Shown: positions 27,141 to 37,292 of the stretch, one piece after another
How the letters are laid out: each line of letters starts with the position of its first letter
Numbering within the stretch: position 1 is the stretch's first letter
IMG/VR virus record: IMGVR_UViG_3300034101_006340
Location: 1 to 64,000 of that record
From: a virus
Length of the DNA: 64,000 nucleotides
Direction: 5' to 3' (one strand)
Translations under genes and position numbers: made by a program
Notes under the pieces: model-generated
Seen by the model: the letters and a program-made list of their open reading frames with translations, nothing else
Databases searched by the model: none
What the model was told of the DNA's origin: nothing

Positions 27141-28066
27141 TGCCTAGATTTTCTTCTAAACAATTATATGAAATGTATGCTAATGGATTTAATGGTTGCA
27201 TTGATGAACCGGACCACTATGAAAAATTAATGCATGAATTAAAATATCCATATTTTGGAGATGCTAGTCGATCTATTAAAAATAGTGGCAAAGGCAAACT
27301 CAGCACACCATTTAGATCTGTATTGAGATTTGATCAATTAGCTTATGAAGAAAGACAAACTACTGGAGATTGTGTTAGTCATGGAACACGAAATGCTGTA
27401 GACCTAACTAGAGCTGTAGAAATTCATGTTGAAAAAGAAAAGGAAGCATGGATAGCAAGAGGTGCTACAGAAGCAATCTATGGCAGCAGAGGTCATGGTG
27501 GTCAAGGCATGAGTTGCTCTAGAGCCGCAGAATTTGTAAATAAAATTGGTGGTGTGCTAGTACGTAAAAATTATGAAGGTATAATAGATCTCACTAAATA
27601 TAATAGTACTATCGGTAGTCGTTGGGGAAGTAGCGGTGTCCCAGAATCTGTTAAAAAATTAGCACAAAAACATCAAATACAAACCGTTAGTAATATTCAG
27701 AGCGTCGAAGAAGCTAGAGATGCTCTTGCTAATGGTTATGGTTTATCTGTTTGTTCTAGTTATGGTTTTTCTAATAAAAGAAATGACAAAGGTATATCAA
27801 ATGTAAGTGGAAGCTGGGCTCATTGTATGGCATGGATAGCCTGTGATGATACAGGAAGTGAGCCACTTTTTCTAGTACAAAATAGTTGGGGTAAATGGAA
27901 TGGCGGTGGACATCCAGATTGGGGTAAAATTCCAGACGGATCTTTTTTGATAACCGCTGATGTTGCCGCAGGAATGATAAGAGGTGGTGGGGCTTTTGCT
28001 TTTAGTGCTTTTGACGGCTTTCCTCCGCAAAAGCTACCTAATTACGGATTCTCCACATATCTTTAA
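27140..28066 (+). CDS. Papain-like (C1) cysteine protease
   Basis: QTTGDCVSH (Cys), WAHCM (His), QNSWG (Asn). Confidence 0.8.
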   Translation: MPRFSSKQLYEMYANGFNGCIDEPDHYEKLMHELKYPYFGDASRSIKNSGKGKLSTPFRSVLRFDQLAYEERQTTGDCVSHGTRNAVDLTRAVEIHVEKEKEAWIARGATEAIYGSRGHGGQGMSCSRAAEFVNKIGGVLVRKNYEGIIDLTKYNSTIGSRWGSSGVPESVKKLAQKHQIQTVSNIQSVEEARDALANGYGLSVCSSYGFSNKRNDKGISNVSGSWAHCMAWIACDDTGSEPLFLVQNSWGKWNGGGHPDWGKIPDGSFLITADVAAGMIRGGGAFAFSAFDGFPPQKLPNYGFSTYL

Positions 28067-28069
28067 AAA

Positions 28070-28079
28070 GGTGTATAGA
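28070..28079 (+). promoter_or_regulatory. Candidate GGTGTA promoter motif
   Basis: Intergenic GGTGTATAGA before ATG 28120. Confidence 0.45.
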
Positions 28080-28119
28080 AACACAACAATACTAGTTTAA
28101 AATCAGAAAGGGTCTAAAT

Positions 28120-28908
28120 ATGGCTGATCGTAAAATATCGGAATTAAGTACAGCATCCAGAGTTTTTGATGCCGACTTTATGGTGGTTGTAACTGGTGTT
28201 AACCAGTTAGTACCAGGACAATCAGACGTTTATGTTGAGAAAGTTACCACAAAATTCCCTTTATCTGGTTTGTCAACATGGGTTTTTAGAGTTAACGAAG
28301 TTGTTAGTGGCTGCACAGGCATTCAAATTGTTCCACAAATCAATACTGGCGTTGGTAACGGCAGACCCAATACTATCAGTATTTGTACAACTGGCGTTTC
28401 TTATGTTGGACACACCCATACTGCTAGCAATATTACCGATTTTAATAGTACAGTAAGTGGCCTTGTGCAACAACAACTTAAGCTATTAAGCACTGAAACA
28501 GCTAATAGTGTTGCTGGTTCCTATCAAACTCTTAGCGGGTTATCTATTAATTTAGCTAATAATAGTCAATATGTCTGTGAGCTTGGATTAATTACAAGTG
28601 GAATTAACACTACACAAGTTACTGGTCTAGTATCCAGCACAGGAATAGCTGCTTCTAATGGTAATCTTTTGACAGTTTATGGAACATGGAACTATGTCTC
28701 AGACTCCGGACTGTATAATAGTTCAACTTCTGTTACCGGATCTCGTACTATTGCTAATAATCTAACAAGTACACAAACCGTTGTAACAAAATTCACAGCA
28801 AGCACACACGCAACAGAAAGCGATCAGCTAAATATTAGATTTACAGCCAATGACACCAATGGTAAGATTTTACCCGGTAGTTGGTTTAAGGTCGAAAAAG
28901 TAATATGA
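28120..28908 (+). CDS. Putative virion fiber/structural protein
   Basis: ADRKISEL N-terminal motif; S/T/G-rich beta composition. Confidence 0.6.
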   Translation: MADRKISELSTASRVFDADFMVVVTGVNQLVPGQSDVYVEKVTTKFPLSGLSTWVFRVNEVVSGCTGIQIVPQINTGVGNGRPNTISICTTGVSYVGHTHTASNITDFNSTVSGLVQQQLKLLSTETANSVAGSYQTLSGLSINLANNSQYVCELGLITSGINTTQVTGLVSSTGIAASNGNLLTVYGTWNYVSDSGLYNSSTSVTGSRTIANNLTSTQTVVTKFTASTHATESDQLNIRFTANDTNGKILPGSWFKVEKVI

Positions 28909-28909
28909 T

Positions 28910-30133
28910 ATGGATTCTAAAATATCTCAGTTACCATCAGCACCAAAAATCTATGATCACGATCTGCTGATTGCTGTTACTGGATATGATATAGCTGGTG
29001 CTTATCCAGATAATGTAAAGGTTAGTTTTGATCGTATCAGAAATGATATTATTAGACTAAATGAGATGATTTTCTTATTGTCTGGTTTTTCTGGTTATTA
29101 TAATAGTGGTAATAATACTATTACTATTACCACACACCAGAGAGAAGGAAATCTTATAGATTTAACGTATGATAATGATTACCCCTATATACAAAATATT
29201 GCTACAACCGGTATTAATTTAAAAACAGAAAATTTGTTGGTAAAAGAATACGAAACAACATGGCCATATACAGGAATACTGTATAATACTGGTCTGAATG
29301 CCATAGCTGGTAACCATATCGAAATACAATTTTCTACAAATAGTCCAGCTAATTCGGGCTATGGCGGAGCTGGCGGAAAATATTTTACCGGAATAATATC
29401 TACAACAGGACTTAATGCTACTATAGGAACAGGTTTATATTTTAAGGCCAATCCTAATTGGCCGCATTCATATGAGATCGGCATATTAGAAAAAGTATAT
29501 GAAATATCCAATACCTATAATGTTCCAATAGGAACAACATCACTAGATGAACATCTGCTTTTCCCGTTAATATTCCCACAATCTATCCAAAGCTTAAATT
29601 ATACAAAATGGAAGTGTGAAGGATATTATAAGAATATTTCTATGACCACCTTTCTTCCTGCAACGCAACCAAACACAACTGGTCCAACTGGCCAGCCAGT
29701 TTCTTGGTCCTCATATACTGTTGGAGCTATTACTCAAGGAAAACTTATACCTGCTTTATTTAGTTTTTCATATTTATTAAGTAATCCTAATACTAAAGTA
29801 TATAATGCTCCATTATATGAGTATACAGATCTCAAAATTGATACTACTCATAATAATATAGGATCAAAATCTCATAGTCATGACAATTTATTCTTTCTTT
29901 CTTTTTTTAATACATTATCAAGTCCAACAGCCGGATACAGCGATCCTTCTGGGGGCTTAGCCTTTTTATTGACAGAACCATGGTTCACACCACCATATGC
30001 TATTTTATATTGGTCTGGTACATACAATAATAGTGGTACCCCAATCAGCATAGGTGGAGAAGCTATAGCAACAGGTTATGTGACCAATATTACCGTCAAT
30101 GGACACAGGTTTTTGGAGATTAAAGCCGTATAG
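28910..30133 (+). CDS. Putative virion fiber/structural protein
   Basis: DSKISQL N-terminal motif shared with previous gene. Confidence 0.6.
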   Translation: MDSKISQLPSAPKIYDHDLLIAVTGYDIAGAYPDNVKVSFDRIRNDIIRLNEMIFLLSGFSGYYNSGNNTITITTHQREGNLIDLTYDNDYPYIQNIATTGINLKTENLLVKEYETTWPYTGILYNTGLNAIAGNHIEIQFSTNSPANSGYGGAGGKYFTGIISTTGLNATIGTGLYFKANPNWPHSYEIGILEKVYEISNTYNVPIGTTSLDEHLLFPLIFPQSIQSLNYTKWKCEGYYKNISMTTFLPATQPNTTGPTGQPVSWSSYTVGAITQGKLIPALFSFSYLLSNPNTKVYNAPLYEYTDLKIDTTHNNIGSKSHSHDNLFFLSFFNTLSSPTAGYSDPSGGLAFLLTEPWFTPPYAILYWSGTYNNSGTPISIGGEAIATGYVTNITVNGHRFLEIKAV

Positions 30134-30157
30134 TGTATACAATACCGGAGAAAAACT

Positions 30158-30355
30158 ATGAATTTTTTAGATAAAATAGCATTAAATAGACTAATTAAAA
30201 TTATAACAAATTTTATAATCACCATACTAAAAATTTTTGCTCCTAAAGATACTATAGATATAGTACCACCAGTTAACCCACCATCTAAACCCCTTTTTCC
30301 TCGTTTAAGAAAAAAAATTGATAATGTATTTCATGACACAAATGAGGAAAGTTAA
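30158..30355 (+). CDS. Small hydrophobic protein
   Basis: GGAG SD; amphipathic N-terminus, Pro-rich centre. Confidence 0.55.
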   Translation: MNFLDKIALNRLIKIITNFIITILKIFAPKDTIDIVPPVNPPSKPLFPRLRKKIDNVFHDTNEES

Positions 30356-30357
30356 TT

Positions 30358-30597
30358 ATGTACAAAACAATATTAGTAATATCTACTATTTTTTCTAGCT
30401 GTTTTTTGATAAATAATCCTGTTTCAAATGTTTCTACAACGTCTGTAGTTTGTTTAGTGGGTGCTAGCATAAAAGCAAAAGAAACACCAATAGTTACTAA
30501 ATACAAAAGAAAAGATTGTCCAGTTTGTAAGGGTAAGGGCTGGTATATTAGCGGAGACGGAATAAAAAAAGTTGACTGTGGATATTGCGAAGAATAA
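30358..30597 (+). CDS. Small protein with DnaJ-type zinc-finger half
   Basis: Signal-like N-terminus; CPVCKGKG...CGYC. Confidence 0.6.
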   Translation: MYKTILVISTIFSSCFLINNPVSNVSTTSVVCLVGASIKAKETPIVTKYKRKDCPVCKGKGWYISGDGIKKVDCGYCEE

Positions 30598-30629
30598 TTT
30601 TTCAACAATAATTATAGGAGTTAAATATA

Positions 30630-31025
30630 ATGGATATTGATCCCAGACTAGAAGCTATCGCCATGAAAGTCATTAAAAAAATCAACGTCTCTAATAATCA
30701 AGATAAATATGGCAATGTTATAATTGTAATTATGATTATTGGAATGATATTAACTCTTATTAGGATTATTCAAGAATGTAACAAAAATAAATTATTTAAT
30801 TTTAATAAAACCGAAACAACAAAATTTATGCACAACGAGGTTCAAAACATTTGTTTGAAAAGAACACTTTTAAATAAATGGAGACTTAAAAAGATTATTA
30901 AAGAAAAGTTGTCATCTGAAGACTATAAAATTTATGGATCCCAGTTACCAAATGCTATTTTTAGTGCTGGCGCAGAACTCACGGAGGAAGAATCATTTAC
31001 TTTAGTGGAGGCTGCAAATGTTTAG
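30630..31025 (+). CDS. Membrane-anchored hypothetical protein
   Basis: VIIVIMIIGMILTLIRII; AGGAG SD. Confidence 0.65.
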   Translation: MDIDPRLEAIAMKVIKKINVSNNQDKYGNVIIVIMIIGMILTLIRIIQECNKNKLFNFNKTETTKFMHNEVQNICLKRTLLNKWRLKKIIKEKLSSEDYKIYGSQLPNAIFSAGAELTEEESFTLVEAANV

Positions 31026-31272
31026 TATATTAGTATGGTGTGTTTATGGTATTTTTGTGGGTTCAATAGCCAAAAGTATTGTTCCTGGAGAAGAGAATTT
31101 CAGCTTTTTAAAAACTGTGGCTCTCGGGATAGCGGGTTCTTATATCGGTGGCGCCATATTGTATCTAATTGGATCCTATGAGAACCTAGAGCCATCAGGT
31201 ATCTTTATGGGAACCGCTGGTTCAACACTGGCTTTGGTTCTTTATAATAAATTAATAGAGAATACAAAATAG
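31018..31272 (+). CDS. GlsB/YeaQ/YmgE-family membrane protein
   Basis: GIFVGSIAK...PG...LGIAGSYIGG...GS three-helix pattern. Confidence 0.75.
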   Translation: MFSILVWCVYGIFVGSIAKSIVPGEENFSFLKTVALGIAGSYIGGAILYLIGSYENLEPSGIFMGTAGSTLALVLYNKLIENTK

Positions 31273-31320
31273 CCTTATTATTGAACATAATAAATTAGGA
31301 CAAATTGTTTAGGAAAATGT

Positions 31321-33153
31321 ATGCTTACGCCCAAAGAACTATACGAGACATATTCTGCTTCTCCCTGCAAAGAGGATAATAGCTTTTATCCCAATCCATT
31401 TTATGGAAATGGTTCATACGGAGCTGGTACTCCTCATTATATGAGAAGAGTTGTTCAATTTATGAAGCATCTAAAGTATCCATGTATTAAAGATGCTCCT
31501 GGATATAAAAATGGCACAAATAATAATATTCGAAATACCGGAGCCGGTAAAATAGGTCTGCCTTTTAAAATTTTACAATCATTAGATTCAGAATGTTTTA
31601 CCGAAATACAACCAACAATAGACAGTGGCACTTCTCATTCTATTAGAAATGCTTGCGATATTTCTCGTGCATGTACTTTTGTATCTAGTGGACTAATTAA
31701 TCAATGGAAACACAGAATGGCTACGGAATATATGCAATATTTTGGCTCTAATTCATTATCGGATTGTTTAATGACATTGGGGCCGGATCTAGTACCAGAA
31801 GAAGTAGCATATTTTGGTAGAGCCCCGAATATCGAGCAAAGCATCCCAGACACTTATGCTGGTATGGCTTGTTTGCCAACAGAATTGGATAACGCAGGAG
31901 CTACAGGAGCAAATTGGTCATGCATGACACCCCCTAATGCTGGTGAGACTCCTCCAAAATGTAGAAGCTGTGATTATTGTCCGGATCCTCCAGACCCAGC
32001 AAATCCTTGTTGCAGATATGGACAAGGTTCTGTAGACTACCAGAACTATTGCTGTAAAGCACCACTAACAACCAGACCAGATTTTGGATATTTAATATCT
32101 AATTCTGCTGATACTAATACGCAAAATGTTAGACCTCGTAATATATATCCATTATCTAAGGTAGATAATTTTAATATAATAACTAATTGGTCTGCAAACT
32201 CTATTACATTAACACAATCAGAAATATCTACATATACAAATATTATAGCTAATCTTAGGTTAAACGAGAGCATAGTATTTAAAAATAATGAAGTATATGT
32301 TTATACTAATCCCTCATATAATGATAAATATGATATTAGATCATATACAAATTATATGTATAAAATGAGATATGTTGGTCTTTTACCTAGAGATATTTAT
32401 GGTGGCTATGCTAACTTATTGAATAATAGCGGAAGTAATTTTTATAGTATTATAGATGATATATTTTTAGATTATGTTCAAAACAGAAATGGTTTTATTA
32501 ATACTTTAACTCCTAATATTTATAGAGCACGAACAATTTCTATGTTAAGTGCCGATGTGAATGAAGCGGCAGCCAGCATAAAAGATTTGTTATGGAATGG
32601 ATATGGTATAGTTTTATTTTCTAATGTTGGATTTCCTAATAGCAGAGATAGTAGAGGATTAAGTTATCCAGATAGGATGTGGTATACGACATACTCTATT
32701 ATAGGGTATGATGATACAAAAATAGATTATAATGAATGCGTCTATGTTTTATCGTGTCCGTGGGGCAAATGGAATAATGGAGGAGAACCAATATGGGGAC
32801 CGTTGCCAGACGGTTGTTTTTTGGTTACTGAAACACACCTAAAATGTATGCTTAAGGTATATGCCGATAGGGACTACTATGGCTGTAGAAGTAAACTGCC
32901 ATGCAATCCAGTATTATATGATTGCGATAGTCCTACCGTGCTCAGAGAATTAGCGGGGTGTGGAAATCATGGACCAGCTGAAAAATGCGAACCATATTTT
33001 TGCGCCTCCCAACAAAAAGCTATGGGATTAGCCTTTGCTGTTTCTTTAAATGAGGGTTTTCCAAAACAAACCTTAGATCATTATTCTTATTTGCCAATTA
33101 GAAAAATAAAAGAAAAATTTAAAGAACAACCCTTATACTATAAGTATTCATAA
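31321..33153 (+). CDS. Catalytically dead papain-like paralog with Cys-rich insertions
   Basis: Aligns by eye with 27140-28066; Cys, His and Asn all replaced. Confidence 0.7.
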   Translation: MLTPKELYETYSASPCKEDNSFYPNPFYGNGSYGAGTPHYMRRVVQFMKHLKYPCIKDAPGYKNGTNNNIRNTGAGKIGLPFKILQSLDSECFTEIQPTIDSGTSHSIRNACDISRACTFVSSGLINQWKHRMATEYMQYFGSNSLSDCLMTLGPDLVPEEVAYFGRAPNIEQSIPDTYAGMACLPTELDNAGATGANWSCMTPPNAGETPPKCRSCDYCPDPPDPANPCCRYGQGSVDYQNYCCKAPLTTRPDFGYLISNSADTNTQNVRPRNIYPLSKVDNFNIITNWSANSITLTQSEISTYTNIIANLRLNESIVFKNNEVYVYTNPSYNDKYDIRSYTNYMYKMRYVGLLPRDIYGGYANLLNNSGSNFYSIIDDIFLDYVQNRNGFINTLTPNIYRARTISMLSADVNEAAASIKDLLWNGYGIVLFSNVGFPNSRDSRGLSYPDRMWYTTYSIIGYDDTKIDYNECVYVLSCPWGKWNNGGEPIWGPLPDGCFLVTETHLKCMLKVYADRDYYGCRSKLPCNPVLYDCDSPTVLRELAGCGNHGPAEKCEPYFCASQQKAMGLAFAVSLNEGFPKQTLDHYSYLPIRKIKEKFKEQPLYYKYS

Positions 33154-33160
33154 AAATATA

Positions 33161-35749
33161 ATGATTAATTTATGCGACAGTGATAAATATTTTACAGATT
33201 CTGTTTTAACCGGTCCAGCAAATAGAATTCCTAGATCCGTCGAAGACATAGAAATTATTGGAAATATATTAAATAATGAAACTATTGTTTTTCCTACTAT
33301 ATCAGGCCAATGTGGTATAAACGAGATAGCATCACTAAAAATTAATTTTTATAATAGATCATATCAATTAGAAATAATTGGTAATGGTGCCAATAGTGCA
33401 GTAAATACTAGACAACCAACTGGTATAGATCTTACGCAGATCCAAGAGAGAGACCCTCTAAGATTTAATCATGGTTGGTATACAATTAATCCGGCTTTTA
33501 CTGTTGGAACAATTTTAACTAATGGAAATATCAAATTAAATAATTTAGGTTTTAATAATTCAAGAACAGATTGTTTTAATCTTTTATCTCAAAATAGTAT
33601 AATAGCTAATAATACATTGTCTTTAAATCAGATTGCGTTAAGCAGCAATAGTAGAGCATATGATTCTCAATTTACTAGTAATATATTTTTAGCAGACTCT
33701 AGCATAAAAATGGATAATATATTAGTTGAAGCTTCAACAGGTGATTATACTGGTGGCTCTTATTATAGCTGTCAATTATTTCATGATAACATATATATGT
33801 CTAATGCTATATTATTAGATTCTTCATTGAATATTGTTACAGGTAGCATTAATTCTTGTCAAATATATCGTTCAAAGGTTGAGTCTAGTGATAGTAGTTC
33901 ATTGATTATGGGTGGTCCAACTATCAGTGGGAGCACTATTGTTCTAGATAAACTATACTTAGAAGGAGGTAGCAGTATAGATTCTTCTATACAAGCAAAT
34001 ATATTATATACTTCTGATCAAGTTCATCAGATAAGAAATGGTTCTATAATAGCAACATTAGTTGATAATAGTAGTTTTGTAAATTCTGGAATCATATCTT
34101 GTAATGAAGCAAAAAAACTTAATCTAACTAATTATGCACAAGTCCAGATTGTTTCTTTATATCAAAACGCTGGATCAAATATAACTAATAATCCCAATAG
34201 TTTAATCAACATTAGTACTAGTGGGTATTTATCAAACGGCAGCAATAATGGTACTATACTAGGCGGAAGAGTAGATATTGATACCGCTTTTACAAATAAT
34301 ATATCTGGTATTATTTTTACAAAAGAATGCAATTTATATAATTCTGCTGTTAATAATGGTACCATAGCCAATTGTAATTTATATAATACATCTAATAATG
34401 CCATCGCGTCTGGAAGAATTAGTAACGCTAATTTTTATAACGAGTCAACAAATAACGGTGTTGTTAATATTGGAAATTTTTATGACACTTCCCAAAACCT
34501 CAATACCGGTATACAACAAGCAACTTTTTATTCTGGCTCCATAAATAATGCTAATTTTTCTAATGATTTTATAGGTTCTCTAACTTTTAAAAATTTTAGT
34601 CAGAATACAAGCACTGTATATAATGCTAGCTTTTATGATTCAGGACTCAATAATGGAGGCGTTTGCTATAATACTAAATTCTATAATTTTTCGCAATCAA
34701 ATAGTGGCCCATTAATTAATACTAGTTTTTATAATAGTAGTGAAACTATCAATGTCATTAATGTCAGCGGGGTCGATTTCTATGATAACTCTAGGTTTTC
34801 TGCTCTAACAGTGATTGGTACTTCTGGCTCCTTAAATTTATATGATAATTCTAGTGGTAATATTATTGATATTGCTGTTTCTACTGGTTTAAAATGTACT
34901 ATTAACAATAATTCTATAGTATCTAATATAATGGGCTCTGTTTCTGATGGTTCAGAAATTATTGTCAATGACAAGTCTACTGTGTTATTTAGTCAAGGGA
35001 ATATTGTTGTTTCTTTTAAAGATCAGTCTACTTGTGGATCTAGTAGCGCATATATCAAGCTATATAATTCAGCTTTAGCTACTGGATCAACCTATGCTAG
35101 TATAACTGGATATGATAATTCACAAATTATTAATAATTCTGTCACGATATCGTCTTTGGTTTTAAAAAATAATAGTAAATGCCTATCAAGATCCACAACC
35201 ATTGAGAGAGCTGAACTATATGATCAAAGTTTATTTTATGGTAATAATATTACAAACGGTTTTATATACGGCGGGTCTAAACTTATGTTTTCTGGAGGCT
35301 TAACATCAACAAATCTTGTTTTTGCAAACGGATCACAGAACAGTATAACAATTAATACAACCACAGTAATATTTTCTGGTAATAGCAGTAATGCTCCCAG
35401 TGGATTTATAACAGCTACTCAAGCTACTTTTGATCAGTCTTCTAATTATGGTCAGTTAAATTCAATTACATTTTTTCGAAATAATTCTACTAACTATTAT
35501 AGAAAAGTACCATCATCAACAAATCCATATTATTTCTTAGAAAGCTTTAATTTTGGTAGTGGTAATAATGATATGCATTTTGGTTCTGGCTCTATCAATT
35601 ATGGATATGTAGAAAATGGATTATTTTATGAGAACTCTGTCAACGCCGGAGTGGTAAAAAACGGCACCTTTCATTCTAGTGTATCTCAAACTGGCACAGT
35701 ATTAGGAAACGGTATTATTAGCGATATATCCTGGTCTAATCCTTTTTAA
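33161..35749 (+). CDS. Asn/Ser-rich repeat protein, predicted beta-helix (fiber/adhesin-like)
   Basis: Many (F/L)Y(N/D)xSxNxG-type repeats. Confidence 0.65.
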   Translation: MINLCDSDKYFTDSVLTGPANRIPRSVEDIEIIGNILNNETIVFPTISGQCGINEIASLKINFYNRSYQLEIIGNGANSAVNTRQPTGIDLTQIQERDPLRFNHGWYTINPAFTVGTILTNGNIKLNNLGFNNSRTDCFNLLSQNSIIANNTLSLNQIALSSNSRAYDSQFTSNIFLADSSIKMDNILVEASTGDYTGGSYYSCQLFHDNIYMSNAILLDSSLNIVTGSINSCQIYRSKVESSDSSSLIMGGPTISGSTIVLDKLYLEGGSSIDSSIQANILYTSDQVHQIRNGSIIATLVDNSSFVNSGIISCNEAKKLNLTNYAQVQIVSLYQNAGSNITNNPNSLINISTSGYLSNGSNNGTILGGRVDIDTAFTNNISGIIFTKECNLYNSAVNNGTIANCNLYNTSNNAIASGRISNANFYNESTNNGVVNIGNFYDTSQNLNTGIQQATFYSGSINNANFSNDFIGSLTFKNFSQNTSTVYNASFYDSGLNNGGVCYNTKFYNFSQSNSGPLINTSFYNSSETINVINVSGVDFYDNSRFSALTVIGTSGSLNLYDNSSGNIIDIAVSTGLKCTINNNSIVSNIMGSVSDGSEIIVNDKSTVLFSQGNIVVSFKDQSTCGSSSAYIKLYNSALATGSTYASITGYDNSQIINNSVTISSLVLKNNSKCLSRSTTIERAELYDQSLFYGNNITNGFIYGGSKLMFSGGLTSTNLVFANGSQNSITINTTTVIFSGNSSNAPSGFITATQATFDQSSNYGQLNSITFFRNNSTNYYRKVPSSTNPYYFLESFNFGSGNNDMHFGSGSINYGYVENGLFYENSVNAGVVKNGTFHSSVSQTGTVLGNGIISDISWSNPF

Positions 35750-35750
35750 A

Positions 35751-36521
35751 CTATCTAAGATCGTTTGGATTATTTTCTGCCACTAGTCGGCCAACCTCTG
35801 GAACAAATTTAATATTATCAGATCCAATATGATTGCTAAGACATAAAAAAGATATTTTTTCAGCATCACCAAAAATTCCTTGGTCAAAAATTTGCGATAC
35901 TCTTAAATAAGAATTTGCATATTTATTCATTATTTTAGAACCACCAAAAGCAAATCTTATTAAATCTCCCATCTCGCCCTTTTCCCAATAATGAGATGTA
36001 TATATTTTACTACAATCTGTAAACTGATGTAAATTCAGTAAATTATTTAGATTATATTGCATATCCGGGCGTAGTCTAAAAACAAAATCATACAGTAAAT
36101 TTGATGAGTACTCAACTTCCTTTTTTAAGATATTACAATAATAAATTAATCCAAATTGTTTAAAACAGTGCAAAACATCATTTTGTATAGCCCTGTCATC
36201 AAAGTTATACTCTTGATCGGTCATGTCTGTATAATTAAAAGGACTATATGTTGAAGAAAAAAAATCGTCTTTAAGTATTCTTACGTGATTTGTTTCGTAG
36301 TCTTTTTTTATTTGATTCGAAGATACTATCATATCAGATGACCCTGTCGCATTAAGATTATGTGCTGCTGACCAAGATTTGTTTGTGTTTAATTTATCCC
36401 ATGTGCATACAAATGTGTCGATGATACCAAATTGACTATAGTGTTGTTTAAACATATAATAATTATCTAATAATTTTTGATAATTTCTCATGTGACCAGA
36501 GATACAAAAAGCAATTCTCAT
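35751..36521 (-). CDS. Putative glycosyltransferase (DUF7796-like)
   Basis: MRIAFCISGHMR, FVCTW, YDFVFRLRPD. Confidence 0.6.
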   Translation of the reverse strand: MRIAFCISGHMRNYQKLLDNYYMFKQHYSQFGIIDTFVCTWDKLNTNKSWSAAHNLNATGSSDMIVSSNQIKKDYETNHVRILKDDFFSSTYSPFNYTDMTDQEYNFDDRAIQNDVLHCFKQFGLIYYCNILKKEVEYSSNLLYDFVFRLRPDMQYNLNNLLNLHQFTDCSKIYTSHYWEKGEMGDLIRFAFGGSKIMNKYANSYLRVSQIFDQGIFGDAEKISFLCLSNHIGSDNIKFVPEVGRLVAENNPNDLR

Positions 36522-36964
36522 AATAAATAATCTCTATAAGACTGAATATAATCGCTACATATACCAGCACAACTATAATATAATTTATTTTTAGACCATG
36601 GCTGTTGATCTAGGCATATCGAATACTCTTGTAGCTCATGCATAGGATATGTCCATATATAATTATTACTAGTTAATGTGTAATAATCATTTTGATGCCA
36701 AAAGCAAGCCATGTCTAATTTAAGCAATAGAGTTAATGCTGTAATATTTTTTGCATGACACCATAATCTATTTTTATTATCGATTAAAAAACTTTCATTT
36801 ATCCGATAATCACAAGAGTCATGTCCCAAGTACCATTGATTATTCTCAACTGTTAAATCTATTTCAACATCAAAATCTTTGTTTATAGCTTCTAAAATAT
36901 AAGAGGGAGAATTTTCGTATTTATTAACACCATCAGTATTGCCTCTATGCGAAATAAAAAACAT
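36518..36964 (-). CDS. GDPD/PLC-like phosphodiesterase, short
   Basis: ISHRGN, ENSP, DVEIDL, LGHD. Confidence 0.75.
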   Translation of the reverse strand: MFFISHRGNTDGVNKYENSPSYILEAINKDFDVEIDLTVENNQWYLGHDSCDYRINESFLIDNKNRLWCHAKNITALTLLLKLDMACFWHQNDYYTLTSNNYIWTYPMHELQEYSICLDQQPWSKNKLYYSCAGICSDYIQSYRDYLL

Positions 36965-36971
36965 ATTATTT

Positions 36972-37292
36972 TTATATGATATATTTATCTGATGGTACAG
37001 ACGGCCATTTAATCACAATAAGATCGACATCCTCTAAAACAGTAACATCAGCTATGTCATAAGGTTCATACAAGAACATGTCGCCCCTAGACAATATGCG
37101 ACCAGATACTAATAGTTTACCAGAAATAATATACGTCAATTCTTGAGATATTTTATGCGTATGTGGTTGAGCCTCATGACCGGCTTTATGAGAATGGTGA
37201 GCAACTTCAAAAGAACTATTTCTAAAAACGGAAGGATAGAAATCTCCTATAAACCATCCATTTTTCATTTCACTAATGTTATATGTTTTCAT
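36972..37292 (-). CDS. Cupin
   Basis: GWFIGDF, HTHKISQELTYIISG. Confidence 0.75.
   Translation of the reverse strand: MKTYNISEMKNGWFIGDFYPSVFRNSSFEVAHHSHKAGHEAQPHTHKISQELTYIISGKLLVSGRILSRGDMFLYEPYDIADVTVLEDVDLIVIKWPSVPSDKYII

Noticed and set aside
33161-35749. Diversity-generating retroelement target
   Set aside because: Asn-rich, but no reverse transcriptase or near-identical template repeat seen in the window
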